Below, in pieces: positions 9,668-19,311 of a stretch of 64,000 bases of DNA. Each line of letters starts with the position of its first letter. Position 1 is the stretch's first letter. Under the pieces are notes generated by a model that saw nothing but the letters and a program-made list of their open reading frames with translations, did no database searches and was not told where the DNA came from. Source of the stretch: Gammaproteobacteria bacterium (GTDB taxonomy: Bacteria; Pseudomonadota; Gammaproteobacteria; Tenderiales; Tenderiaceae); NCBI GenBank assembly GCA_016200485.1, contig JACQEP010000010.1, positions 287,644-351,643 of the forward strand. The letters run 5' to 3'. Made by a program: the position numbers and the translations under genes.

Positions 9668-11194
9668 TTACACAAAACGCTTGCGCTCACTTGAAGGTGG
9701 AATCGACATCGCTTCACGATATTTGGCCACCGTGCGCCGTGCAACATTAACCCCCTGATCCTCAAGAATTTCGGCAATCTTGCTATCACTCAGCGGTTTA
9801 CCCGGATTCTCGGCACCAATCAATTTCTTGATCACCGCCCGGATTGCCGTCGATGAACAGGAGTCTCCGGCGGTTGTCGTGACATAACTGGAGAAGAAAT
9901 ATTTCAGCTCAAACACCCCGCGCGGGGTATGCATATATTTTTTCGTTGTCACACGCGAGACCGTGGATTCGTGCAACTCCAACTCTTCGGAGATATCGTG
10001 TAACACCAGCGCCTTCATTGCCTCTTCACCGTGCTCCAGAAAACCTCGCTGGTGTTCAACAATCGCCGTTGCCACCCGCAACAAGGTCTCATTGCGACTC
10101 ATCAGGCTCTTGATAAACCAGCGCGCTTCCTGCAAATGATTGCGCAAATACGTGTTATCGGCGCTATTATCGGCACGCCGGATCAGCCCCGCGTAATGTG
10201 AATTTATTTTCAGTCGTGGCGCGGCATCCGAGTTCAGTTCAACCTTCCACTTGCCTTGAACCTTTTTCACAATTACATCAGGAATCACGTATTCGGGCGC
10301 CGACAATGCAACAGCCCCCCCTGGTCTTGGATTCATGGCGCGTATCACGCCAACTGCGCATTGAAGCTCTTCCAGTGACAGCTTCATGATTCGCAGCAGC
10401 CGGTTGGCGTCGCGATCCCCTAGTAAATCGAGATGTTCCTTGACGATTTGGATCGCGTTCACAACACCGGGTTGATCTTTATCAAGCGCCTGCAATTGCA
10501 ACAACAAACACTCGCGCAAATCTCGCGCGCCAACGCCTACAGGATCGAAATTCTGGATTCGATGCAATACCATCTCCACCTCATCCAGACCCACCTCATA
10601 ATCCAGATCAAGACCGTCACGAATCTCTTCCAGCGAGCCAATCAGATAGCCATCTTCATCAATCGAGTCGATAATGGCCTCGGCCACTGCGAGATCGGCA
10701 GCACTAAACGGCGTTAACCGCATCTGCCATACCAAATGATCGCGCAGGCTCTCCGCCCCTTCGCTCTGATTTTCAAACATCCGCTGATGATCATCGGCCG
10801 TCATGCCATGGGTAGTGGGCGTGAACGTGTCGTAAACATCCTCCCAATTGCTGTCCACCGGCAATTCATCCAGCATTTGAGCGTCTTGCAAATCAACGGC
10901 GCGATCGACATCGTTGGCCGTTTGCACCACATCCAGCGATTCTGTCACGGATTGTGGCACCGACTCGGTCACATCACCCGACTCATTCCAGTGCTCAGGC
11001 TCACCCGTCATATCGCCCGTCATATCACCCGAATCACCCGCATCGCCGAGTTCAAGCAGCGGATTGCTATCCAACGCCTCCTGAATTTCTGCTTGAAGAT
11101 CAATCGTCGATAGCTGCAACAGGCGTATCGCCTGCTGCAATTGTGGCGTCATGGTGAGTTGCTGACCAAGCCGAAGCTGGAGTGATTGTTTCAT
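9668..11194 (-). CDS. rpoN: RNA polymerase sigma-54 factor
   Basis: 508 aa. The N-terminal region I (LQLRLGQQLTMTPQLQQAIRLLQLS) and the C-terminal RpoN box (ARRTVAKYRE) are present. Confidence 0.95.
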   Translation of the reverse strand: MKQSLQLRLGQQLTMTPQLQQAIRLLQLSTIDLQAEIQEALDSNPLLELGDAGDSGDMTGDMTGEPEHWNESGDVTESVPQSVTESLDVVQTANDVDRAVDLQDAQMLDELPVDSNWEDVYDTFTPTTHGMTADDHQRMFENQSEGAESLRDHLVWQMRLTPFSAADLAVAEAIIDSIDEDGYLIGSLEEIRDGLDLDYEVGLDEVEMVLHRIQNFDPVGVGARDLRECLLLQLQALDKDQPGVVNAIQIVKEHLDLLGDRDANRLLRIMKLSLEELQCAVGVIRAMNPRPGGAVALSAPEYVIPDVIVKKVQGKWKVELNSDAAPRLKINSHYAGLIRRADNSADNTYLRNHLQEARWFIKSLMSRNETLLRVATAIVEHQRGFLEHGEEAMKALVLHDISEELELHESTVSRVTTKKYMHTPRGVFELKYFFSSYVTTTAGDSCSSTAIRAVIKKLIGAENPGKPLSDSKIAEILEDQGVNVARRTVAKYREAMSIPPSSERKRFV

Positions 11195-11274
11195 GAGTGA
11201 TGGATTACGCTTACACCAATTATCAATAAGTTACCAGTTTACAGTGTTTGCCTCAGGGTGGGCAGCATTGCAAT

Positions 11275-12000
11275 TTAGAGATGAAAGTGCTCACCCAAAT
11301 AGACCTTACGGACATGCTCGTCAGCGAGAATTGCCTCCGCCCCACCCTGAGCAATCACCTGCCCCTCGCTCATGATATAAGCCCGCTCACATATCCCCAA
11401 GGTTTCTCTGACATTGTGATCGGTAATCAACACGCCGATCCCCAATCCTCGCAAGTAGCTGATAATTCTCTGAATATCAATTACCGAGATCGGATCAACC
11501 CCGGCAAAAGGCTCATCTAATAGAATAAAGCGCGGCCGTATGGCCAAGGATCGGGCAATCTCGACCCGGCGCCGCTCACCGCCAGACAAACTCATTCCGA
11601 GGCTGTCTCGAATATGGCCGATCCGCAGCTCATGCAGCAGATTATTCAACATTTCCTGCTGCTGCTGTTTCGTCACACCCTTCTGCGTCTGAAGGATAGC
11701 GGCAATATTGTCGGCCACTGAAAGTTTGCGAAACACTGAGGCCTCTTGTGGCAAGTACCCCACCCCCAGACGAGCCCGCGCATGCATCGGCAAACGGGTA
11801 ATGTCACGGCCATTGAGCAACAATCGCCCTTCATCGCTAGCGATGAGGCCGACGATCATGTAGAAACACGTCGTCTTACCTGCGCCGTTCGGGCCCAGCA
11901 ACCCTACCACTTCACCGCTATTGAGCTCGAGAGAAACGCCATTGACGACCTTGCGACCACGATAAGTTTTGTGAATATTTTCGACGCTGAGCACGGTCAT
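11275..12000 (-). CDS. lptB: LPS export ABC transporter ATP-binding protein LptB
   Basis: 241 aa with Walker [10 protein letters not shown], signature [13 protein letters not shown] and a C-terminal VYLGE motif. The gene lies immediately downstream of lptA. Confidence 0.95.
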   Translation of the reverse strand: MTVLSVENIHKTYRGRKVVNGVSLELNSGEVVGLLGPNGAGKTTCFYMIVGLIASDEGRLLLNGRDITRLPMHARARLGVGYLPQEASVFRKLSVADNIAAILQTQKGVTKQQQQEMLNNLLHELRIGHIRDSLGMSLSGGERRRVEIARSLAIRPRFILLDEPFAGVDPISVIDIQRIISYLRGLGIGVLITDHNVRETLGICERAYIMSEGQVIAQGGAEAILADEHVRKVYLGEHFHL

Positions 12001-12003
12001 ATC

Positions 12004-12528
12004 TTAATTGCTGCCAGCCGCATCGGGTTTCTTGCGTGGCTGGATCACGACCTTCACCCGCCCCGGTTTCTGAGTACTTGTAGCCTTACCTGCCCGCACC
12101 AGGCGTTGCTCAGTTTCATATTCAATACGATTGCCGGTAAACACATTATCGCCCTGACTCAAGCGCGCCGTGCCATCCAGCACCACCACCCCCTGCATGG
12201 CTTGATATTCAATTTGCTCGGCCTCACCGTTAGTTTCCTGAGCTTTGCCCGGTGCAGGCGCTTGATGAAAGCGCGCTGGCTTACCCGTTGCCACCATCTT
12301 ATCGAGTTCGCGCCGGTCGCGACTGTGAATCACCACCTCATCCGCCCACAGCTGATTGCCACCCTGCTTAAACTGAACATTACCGCGATAAGTACTCACG
12401 CCACGTGTGTCATCGATATCCAGGCTGTCCGACTCAATATAAATCGGTTGTTCTGAGTCCACCTGTGCCTGGGCTACAGAAATCAGTACCAGCGAGAGCA
12501 TGACACCTCTAATGACGCTCAACCACAT
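12004..12528 (-). CDS. lptA: LPS transport periplasmic protein LptA
   Basis: 174 aa with a signal peptide and an OstA-like beta-jellyroll, in the conserved lptC-lptA-lptB order. Confidence 0.85.
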   Translation of the reverse strand: MWLSVIRGVMLSLVLISVAQAQVDSEQPIYIESDSLDIDDTRGVSTYRGNVQFKQGGNQLWADEVVIHSRDRRELDKMVATGKPARFHQAPAPGKAQETNGEAEQIEYQAMQGVVVLDGTARLSQGDNVFTGNRIEYETEQRLVRAGKATSTQKPGRVKVVIQPRKKPDAAGSN

Positions 12529-13084
12529 ACTCGCCTCGCACCTTCGACAATAATTGCAAATGACCTGCTTGCATGTCCACTTTCATACCTTCACCCCAAG
12601 TAACACCTCGGGCATCGCGAATTTCCACTGCCTCACTTGTCTCAGCCAATTCGCTGGTCTGATAAACTTTCAGCTCGCGGGTATTGATATCGACAGGACC
12701 ATCCTCGGCCAAAGGCTGACGCCGAATCAAAACAGCCCCTCGTAGCAGTAACAGATCCTGATCTTGATACGCTGTGGCAGTCTCAGACTTGATGGTCCAG
12801 ACCTGCCCATCCGGCCGATAATTTGTAAAGTTCGGCGCAACCAGCTCGGCGGCATTTTCTCCTTCGAAATGCAGCATCGATTTCGCCTCAAGCTGCTGGC
12901 TTAATCTACCTTCAACATCCATGGTCTTGGCAACGAACCCTTCGAGATAATAATCCGGCGCCTTCTCGGCACCCGCCATATGCTGTGCACCTGGCTCTGT
13001 ACTGCGCTGTAACCAAACACTGGCAGCGGCCACTGACACCAATACCAATAGGCCAAGATAACGTTTATCGACACTGATGGCCAT
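12509..13084 (-). CDS. lptC: LPS export system protein LptC
   Basis: 191 aa with an N-terminal TM anchor. Its position between kdsC and lptA matches conserved synteny. Confidence 0.8.
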   Translation of the reverse strand: MAISVDKRYLGLLVLVSVAAASVWLQRSTEPGAQHMAGAEKAPDYYLEGFVAKTMDVEGRLSQQLEAKSMLHFEGENAAELVAPNFTNYRPDGQVWTIKSETATAYQDQDLLLLRGAVLIRRQPLAEDGPVDINTRELKVYQTSELAETSEAVEIRDARGVTWGEGMKVDMQAGHLQLLSKVRGEYVVERH

Positions 13085-13090
13085 CGTCGT

Positions 13091-13615
13091 TCATTCCAGA
13101 TAATGGGCCAACTGCGCCTGCCAATTACCTTGAGCTTCCATGATCAATTCACAGATGTCGCGCGCAGCCCCGCAACCGCCACGACTGGGTGTTTGCCAGT
13201 GGGCATGTTGCTTGACCAAAACATGCGCATCCTGCACCGCCACAGCAAACCCGACCTGGCGCATTACCGGCAGATCGATCACATCATCGCCGACATAGGC
13301 CACATCACGCGGATCAAGCTGCAGATCATTGATGAGTTGCCGAAAAGCGACGCGTTTGTCTTGCTGCCCTTGATAGACATGCTTGACACCGAGACCATTC
13401 ATGCGATGATTTACTACCGGCGAATTACGGCCGGTAATAATCGCAATTTCGACGCCGGTCTCTTGCAGCATTTTCATGCCGTGGCCGTCGCGAGAATTGA
13501 ATTTTTTATACTCATGCCCCTGATGATCCATAAACAAACCACCATCGGTCAGCACACCATCGACATCGAAAATCACCAGCTTGATCCGCGCGGCCTTGGC
13601 CAGAATATCCTGCAT
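13091..13615 (-). CDS. kdsC: 3-deoxy-D-manno-octulosonate 8-phosphate phosphatase KdsC
   Basis: 174 aa, HAD-IIIa family, with the IKLVIFDVDGVLTDG motif. Confidence 0.9.
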   Translation of the reverse strand: MQDILAKAARIKLVIFDVDGVLTDGGLFMDHQGHEYKKFNSRDGHGMKMLQETGVEIAIITGRNSPVVNHRMNGLGVKHVYQGQQDKRVAFRQLINDLQLDPRDVAYVGDDVIDLPVMRQVGFAVAVQDAHVLVKQHAHWQTPSRGGCGAARDICELIMEAQGNWQAQLAHYLE

Positions 13616-13627
13616 CTTTCCTTCCTC

Positions 13628-14641
13628 TCAAACGACGCCGGCGCGCAACAAGTCGTGCATATTCAGCGCCCCGACCAGCGCGCCCTTGGCATCCACCACC
13701 GGCAGGGCGTTGATCTTGTGCGTTTCCATCAACCGTAAAGCCTCGGCTGCCAATTCATCTTCAAGCACGGTTTTGCATTGCCGCGACACCAGATCGGCAA
13801 TTTTGGCTTTATAAACATCGACACCTTTATCGATGGTGCGGCGCAAATCACCGTCGGTAAAGATACCGATCAGCTGTCTCTGTTGATTCACAACGGCTGT
13901 CATCCCCAGACCCTTGCGTGACATTTCCATCAACGCATCGACCAGCGAAGCATCTTCACCCACTACGGGCAGGCGCTCGCCACTGTGCATGATGTCGCGA
14001 ATCAGCAGCAACAAACGCCGACCCAAACGCCCCCCCGGATGCGAACGGGCAAAATCTTCGGCAGTAAAACCTCGCGTTTCCAATAATGCAACAGCCAAGG
14101 CATCGCCCATCACCAGCGAAGCAGTCGTGCTGGCCGTCGGCGCCAAACCCAAAGGGCACGCCTCTTGCGCGACACCGACATTGATATGCACATCCGCCGC
14201 CTTGCTCATCGTCGACTGCGGATTGCCAGTGCACGCAATCAGCGGCACGCCCAAGCGTTTAATCAACGGCAAAATGGTAATAATTTCTTCGGTTTCACCG
14301 GAATTGGAAAATGCCAACACCACATCCTTAGTGGTGATCATGCCGAGATCGCCATGACTGGCCTCACCCGGATGCACAAAAAATGCGGGCGTGCCGGTGC
14401 TGGCAAGCGTGGCGGCGATCTTGCTGCCGATATGGCCGGACTTGCCCATGCCGATGACGACAATACGCCCCTCACAAACAAGCATGTATTCGCAAGCGCG
14501 GACAAACTGATCATCAATGCGCGACCGCAGGTCAGTGACCGCACGCGCCTCGATGTCAACGACCGCCAACGCCAGTTGTTTCAACTTTTCGCGCTCGGAA
14601 TCGCTAAGACGCGGTGCATTTGAGTGTTGTTTGACGATCAT
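13628..14641 (-). CDS. kdsD: arabinose-5-phosphate isomerase KdsD (SIS + tandem CBS)
   Basis: 337 aa with a SIS domain (VVIGMGKSGHIGSKIAATLASTGTPAFFVHP) followed by CBS pairs. Confidence 0.9.
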   Translation of the reverse strand: MIVKQHSNAPRLSDSEREKLKQLALAVVDIEARAVTDLRSRIDDQFVRACEYMLVCEGRIVVIGMGKSGHIGSKIAATLASTGTPAFFVHPGEASHGDLGMITTKDVVLAFSNSGETEEIITILPLIKRLGVPLIACTGNPQSTMSKAADVHINVGVAQEACPLGLAPTASTTASLVMGDALAVALLETRGFTAEDFARSHPGGRLGRRLLLLIRDIMHSGERLPVVGEDASLVDALMEMSRKGLGMTAVVNQQRQLIGIFTDGDLRRTIDKGVDVYKAKIADLVSRQCKTVLEDELAAEALRLMETHKINALPVVDAKGALVGALNMHDLLRAGVV

Positions 14642-14844
14642 GCCTTTTCCGGGTAACCCAATTGCGCCAGTTTGGCGGTAATCTGCTGCCGGTCGAGATG
14701 ATCGCCCTGCACCGTCACTTCAGCGCGGCCAAGATCAACGTCCACATTGTTGACACCCGCAACTGTCACCAAGCCATTGCGGACATTGGCCACGCAGCCC
14801 TGGCATTTCATATTAGCGACTTTGAATTGCAGTGTTTCCATCAC
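14638..14844 (-). CDS. heavy-metal-associated (HMA) domain metallochaperone, CopZ-like
   Basis: 68 aa with the MKCQGC metal-binding motif and a ferredoxin-like fold length. Confidence 0.7.
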   Translation of the reverse strand: MMETLQFKVANMKCQGCVANVRNGLVTVAGVNNVDVDLGRAEVTVQGDHLDRQQITAKLAQLGYPEKA

Positions 14845-14924
14845 GTCATTCCTATTTTGCGTTGTACTCCCCTCTCACACATGTGGGAGAGGGGCTGGGG
14901 GGGAGAGGGAACTTGTGTTCGCGC

Positions 14925-15824
14925 CTACGGGGCGCTCAGATAATGCCCCGCCAACCCCGCAAACACCGCGATCCCAACCCAGTTATTGTTCAAAAAAGCC
15001 TTGAAACAACCCATGCCGTCACGGTCACGAATTAGATATTGTTGATAAGCCATCAATAAGGTGGTGACTGCCACTCCCATAATATAGAACTTACCCAGCT
15101 CCGCCCGCTGCCCGATGATCAACAACACCACGACCATCATCCCCTGGATGATACCGATGATCACCCGATCAGCCTCACCAAACAGGATGGCGGTGGATTT
15201 GACCCCAATCTTCAGATCATCGGGCCGGTCGACCATGGCATACATTGTATCGTAGGCGGTGGCCCATAACACGGTAGCGATTAGCAATAACCAGGCCACC
15301 GCCGGCACCGCTCCGGTCTGGGCGGCAAAGGCCATGGGCACCGCCCAGCCAAAGGCCAAGCCGAGATAAACTTGGGGTAAATAAGTGTGCCGCTTCATAA
15401 ACGGGTAACTCACCGCCAGCACGATGCCAACCACCGACAGGGCAATCGTCAGCCAGTTGAGGGTCAACACCAACAGAAAGGCCAGCAATCCCAATCCCGC
15501 AAACAGCAGCAATGCCTCTCTGGGACTGACCAGACCTGAGGCCAGCGGCCGTTGGCGGGTGCGCTCCACAAACGGATCGAGGTCACGATCGGCGTAGTCG
15601 TTGATTACGCAGCCAGCCGAGCGCATCAAAAAAACGCCCACGACAAACACCACCGCTACCCAGATATCGGGATGACCGGCACTCGCAATCCATAACGCCC
15701 ACAGTGTCGGCCATAGCAATAAAAAGGTACCGATTGGCCGATCCAGCCGCATTAATAAAGCATAGCCGCGCAGCCGTTCTTTATTTAGCACGATGCAAGC
15801 ACTCCCTTCATGACTTGTGCACAC
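14925..15824 (-). CDS. ubiA: 4-hydroxybenzoate octaprenyltransferase UbiA
   Basis: 299 aa with NDYADRDLD and a second Asp-rich motif. The N-terminus aligns to E. coli UbiA (…LMRLDRPIG…). The true start may be an internal Met. Confidence 0.9.
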   Translation of the reverse strand: MCTSHEGSACIVLNKERLRGYALLMRLDRPIGTFLLLWPTLWALWIASAGHPDIWVAVVFVVGVFLMRSAGCVINDYADRDLDPFVERTRQRPLASGLVSPREALLLFAGLGLLAFLLVLTLNWLTIALSVVGIVLAVSYPFMKRHTYLPQVYLGLAFGWAVPMAFAAQTGAVPAVAWLLLIATVLWATAYDTMYAMVDRPDDLKIGVKSTAILFGEADRVIIGIIQGMMVVVLLIIGQRAELGKFYIMGVAVTTLLMAYQQYLIRDRDGMGCFKAFLNNNWVGIAVFAGLAGHYLSAP

Positions 15825-15833
15825 CCTTAGGAA

Positions 15834-15894
15834 CCTCTGATTAATCCGCAGACGCTGCTTCAGCGGATTAATCAGAGGTTCCTTAATCGATTGC
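15834..15894. promoter_or_regulatory. perfect 21-bp-stem hairpin (aggaacctctgattaatccgc / gcggattaatcagaggttcct) at the ubiC–ubiA junction
   Basis: The palindrome is seen directly in the sequence. It overlaps the ubiC 3' end and lies 10 bp upstream of the ubiA start. Confidence 0.5.
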
Positions 15895-16390
15895 CGCGCT
15901 CTTGAGGCGGTGGCGGCACAAAGATCTCACTGACCAATAACGGCAAGCCGCGTAAACGAAACACCGTGCGCCGCCCCCATAGCTGCGTTGCCTTTGCCAG
16001 TTTTTCGGGCACCGCGACATGATATAACAGCTCATTAGCATCAATCTTTGCTACCTCAATCCGCCCCCGGCGCATGGAACGATCGCGGAACAATTGTTCT
16101 CCCAGCGGCCGGCCACCCAGACACGCCAGACGCCGATGACGCCCCCGCAACACTGGGCGCGGCAACACCGTTCGCGCATACACCACCGTCCGCTCACCGC
16201 ACAACAAATGAACCTGGCGTACCCAGGCCACCTGCCGATCGCCCAAACCCAGTGCCGCGCGCTCACTGCGCAACGGCCGGGTCCAGCGCTGATCCAGAAC
16301 CCGAACTTTAAACTGCCCCGGACAGGCGCGCTTCAAACGCTTGGTCAGTGAACCGGCATCGAACAACCAGGGCGCAATCTCGGGCGGCAT
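15872..16390 (-). CDS. ubiC: chorismate pyruvate-lyase UbiC
   Basis: The C-terminus [26 protein letters not shown] aligns to E. coli UbiC [23 protein letters not shown]. The start is assigned to the internal Met (MPPEIAPW) at 16390, giving about 172 aa. Confidence 0.7.
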   Translation of the reverse strand: MPPEIAPWLFDAGSLTKRLKRACPGQFKVRVLDQRWTRPLRSERAALGLGDRQVAWVRQVHLLCGERTVVYARTVLPRPVLRGRHRRLACLGGRPLGEQLFRDRSMRRGRIEVAKIDANELLYHVAVPEKLAKATQLWGRRTVFRLRGLPLLVSEIFVPPPPQERGNRLRNL

Positions 16391-16514
16391 AGTTTCGCGG
16401 CGCAGTGTCACGCCACGGCGCCAATGTGGTTCACCCGGGAATCGCGATTCATGGTAACGTCGTGTCACAACACTCGCTCTAAATTTTGCCGTCATTAATT
16501 TATGAAATGACATA

Positions 16515-16650
16515 TTGCTGAATTTCAGGGGAAAGGGGAAAGATAAAAGAGGAAAGGGAATGTGTGCGCCAAAGGCGCACCGTTATATGCCGTCGGCCTT
16601 TGGCCGACCCAATCCCTTGTATCTTTTCCCTTTCCCCTTTTCTCTGATTT
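16515..16650. repeat. MITE-like palindromic element (gggaaaggggaaagataaaagaggaaagggaa ... inverted copy)
   Basis: Terminal inverted repeats at 16528-16560 and 16617-16650 enclose two nested palindromes, gcgccaaaggcgc and gtcggcctttggccgac. The element lies between the ubiC start and the recG end. Confidence 0.5.
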
Positions 16651-18759
16651 TTAAACTTCACCATATCTCTGCGCCGCACCCACCCAGCGGCGGATCAGCG
16701 GCGGTACCCGCTCCGGCCAACGCTGCAACAAAACGGTGGCTGCTTGGGCCACGGCCGGAATCAAATCGCGATCGCGGGCCAGATCCGCCACCCGCAATTT
16801 CAACAAACCGCTCTGCCGCGTCCCGAGCACTTCGCCCGGTCCGCGCAACTCCAAGTCACGACGCGCAATTTCAAAGCCATCATTCGTCTTGCGTAATGCC
16901 GCCAGCCGCGCCGTACCCTGCACCGACAGCGGTTTATGATACATCAAAACACAACTACTACTGGCGCTGCCACGACCCACCCGGCCACGCAACTGATGCA
17001 GCTGCGCCAGGCCCAAACGCTCGGCATTCTCAATAATCATTAAACTCGCGTTCGGTACATCGACGCCAACCTCTATCACCGTCGTTGCCACCAGCAAATT
17101 GATTTCGCCCGCTTTGAACCGGCGCATCACTGCTTCTTTTTCAGGCGCTTTCAAGCGACCATGGACCAGACCGATTTCAAGTTCGGGCAAAGCTTCTTTG
17201 AGTTGCTTTGCCGTCTCCTCCGCCGCCTGACACTGCAAGGCCTCTGATTCTTCAATCAAGGTGCAGACCCAATACACCTGCCGTTGCTGCGCACACACGT
17301 GCCGCACGCGCACCACCACCTCAGCACGGCGACTATCGGGAATCACGACGGTCTCGATCGGCTTGCGACCTGGCGGCAACTCATCGATCACAGAAGTATC
17401 AAGATCGGCATAAGCCGTCATCGCCAACGTGCGCGGGATGGGCGTCGCGGTCATAATCAACTGATGAGGACTGCAATCATCAACGTTGCCTTTATCGCGC
17501 AACGCCAGACGTTGATGCACACCAAAACGATGCTGCTCGTCAATCACCACCAGACCAAGCTTCGAGAACTCGACATCATCCTGGAACAACGCGTGAGTAC
17601 CTATCGCCACCGCCGCTTTTCCTGAACGCAAATGCGCCAGCGTCTCGCGCCGCTGGCGCACCGCTTGCTTGCCCGTCAACCAGGCGAACTCAATCCCAAG
17701 CGGCGTCAACCAGGCGCCAAAATTACGCAGATGTTGCTCGGCCAATAATTCGGTCGGCGCCATCACGGCCGCTTGATAACCTGATTCCACCGCCTTCAAC
17801 ACGGCAAACGCCGCAACTATCGTTTTGCCGGAACCGACATCACCCTGCACCAACCGTTGCATGGGATGCGGTTGCGCCAGATCTGATGCGATCTCAGCCA
17901 GCACTCGCCGTTGCGCCGCTGTCAATTGAAACGGCAGATTTTCCAGCAAACGATCGGCCAATCCAGAACGCACCGCTAATTCGGGAGCGCGCCGCTGCTG
18001 CACCTTCAGCCGCAGTTGGCGCAGACTTAAATGCTGCGCCAGCAACTCCTCAAACGCCAGGCGTTGTTGGGCGGGATGAGTGCCTTCCAACAATTCGTCC
18101 GTGACCGCACCACGCGGCGGCCGATGCACAGCCTGTAATGCCTCGCGCAATGTCGGCAGCTCCCAATCCGCCAACAATTCTTCTGGCAAATAATCGGGCA
18201 GCGATTGTTGCTCCACCAACAATAAAACTTGATCAACAAGCTGCCGAATCGTCCGCTGCGAAATGCCTTCGGTAACTGGATAGATCGGCGTCAAGTGATC
18301 ATCGACCGGCGCGATGGCATCCACTTCAAAGCGTCGATACTCTGGATGCACCATCTCCAACATTGCGGGACCACGCCGCACTTCACCAAAACAAAGTACC
18401 CGGCTACCGCGCACTAAACTGGATTGTTGTTGGGCATTGAAATGAAAAAAACGCAGCAGCAAACTACCCGTGCCATCGCTGATCCTGACCAACAATGCAC
18501 GCCGCTTGCCGTAGTGAATATCACCTGCTTGAATTTCACCTTCAACGACAACTTCATCACCAGGATGCAGACCACCCATCGGCGCAATGCGCGTCCGATC
18601 CTGATAACGATGCGGGAGATGAAACAACAGATCTTGAACAGTGAACAGATCGAGTCGCCGCAGCTTGTCAGCCAGGCGCGGCCCAACCCCTTTGAGATAT
18701 TGAATAGGCGAATCAAGATGCGTCGCGGCAGAAACAACGGCCACGTTTGATGTCACCAC
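16651..18759 (-). CDS. recG: ATP-dependent DNA helicase RecG
   Basis: 702 aa with an N-terminal wedge domain and helicase motifs (GDVGSGKT, DEQHRFGV, TATPIPRT). Confidence 0.95.
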   Translation of the reverse strand: MVTSNVAVVSAATHLDSPIQYLKGVGPRLADKLRRLDLFTVQDLLFHLPHRYQDRTRIAPMGGLHPGDEVVVEGEIQAGDIHYGKRRALLVRISDGTGSLLLRFFHFNAQQQSSLVRGSRVLCFGEVRRGPAMLEMVHPEYRRFEVDAIAPVDDHLTPIYPVTEGISQRTIRQLVDQVLLLVEQQSLPDYLPEELLADWELPTLREALQAVHRPPRGAVTDELLEGTHPAQQRLAFEELLAQHLSLRQLRLKVQQRRAPELAVRSGLADRLLENLPFQLTAAQRRVLAEIASDLAQPHPMQRLVQGDVGSGKTIVAAFAVLKAVESGYQAAVMAPTELLAEQHLRNFGAWLTPLGIEFAWLTGKQAVRQRRETLAHLRSGKAAVAIGTHALFQDDVEFSKLGLVVIDEQHRFGVHQRLALRDKGNVDDCSPHQLIMTATPIPRTLAMTAYADLDTSVIDELPPGRKPIETVVIPDSRRAEVVVRVRHVCAQQRQVYWVCTLIEESEALQCQAAEETAKQLKEALPELEIGLVHGRLKAPEKEAVMRRFKAGEINLLVATTVIEVGVDVPNASLMIIENAERLGLAQLHQLRGRVGRGSASSSCVLMYHKPLSVQGTARLAALRKTNDGFEIARRDLELRGPGEVLGTRQSGLLKLRVADLARDRDLIPAVAQAATVLLQRWPERVPPLIRRWVGAAQRYGEV

Positions 18760-18765
18760 AACGAA

Positions 18766-19152
18766 TTAACCCGCCAGCTCCATGATGGCATCCATTTCCA
18801 CCGCCGCACCACGCGGCAGAGATGCCACACCAATCGCGGCCCGCGCCGGATATGGAGGATGAAAATATTCCGCCATCACCTGATTCACTACCGAAAAATG
18901 ACTCAGATCGGTCAGAAAAATATTGAGCTTGGCCACATGTTGCAAGCCACCACCGGCTGCCTCGGCGACCGCTTTCAGATTTTCAAACACCTGGCGAATC
19001 TGTGCTTCCATGTCGCCCTTTACCAACTCCATCGTCGCAGGCACCAATGGAATCTGCCCGGAAAGATACACGGTTGTCCCAACCTTTACCGCCTGCGAAT
19101 AAGTCCCGATGGCTTTTGGTGCCTTATCGGTATGAATAATTTGACGATTCAT
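18766..19152 (-). CDS. ridA: RidA family reactive-intermediate deaminase (YjgF/TdcF)
   Basis: 128 aa and YjgF-like ([11 protein letters not shown]...AR..IGV..LP). It occupies the position between spoT and recG seen in pseudomonads. Confidence 0.85.
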   Translation of the reverse strand: MNRQIIHTDKAPKAIGTYSQAVKVGTTVYLSGQIPLVPATMELVKGDMEAQIRQVFENLKAVAEAAGGGLQHVAKLNIFLTDLSHFSVVNQVMAEYFHPPYPARAAIGVASLPRGAAVEMDAIMELAG

Positions 19153-19189
19153 GAATGCTCCTGAATAAACCTAAAAACTTCAATTTCAA

Positions 19190-19300
19190 ATTTCACCACA
19201 GAGGCACAGAGATCACAGAGGAGAAAACTTTCATGGTATTCATCTGCAGTGATCGCGCCCCATGTTCGTTCCCCCTCCTCCTTACTGGAGGAGGGGATAA
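19190..19300. repeat. partial copies of two repeat families (CACAGAGG/CAGAGA unit; ccctcctccttactggaggaggg palindrome)
   Basis: ccacagaggcacagagatcacagaggag at 19196-19223 and a 25-bp palindrome at 19273-19297 lie in the ridA–spoT intergenic region. Confidence 0.4.
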
Positions 19301-19311
19301 AAACCAATACA

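Noticed and set aside
11746-12456. 236-aa + strand ORF spanning lptB/lptA
   Set aside because: It lies entirely antisense to two genes with strong family signatures and is likely a GC-rich-frame artefact.
13103-13738. 211-aa + strand ORF over kdsC/kdsD
   Set aside because: It is antisense to kdsC/kdsD and has no motifs.
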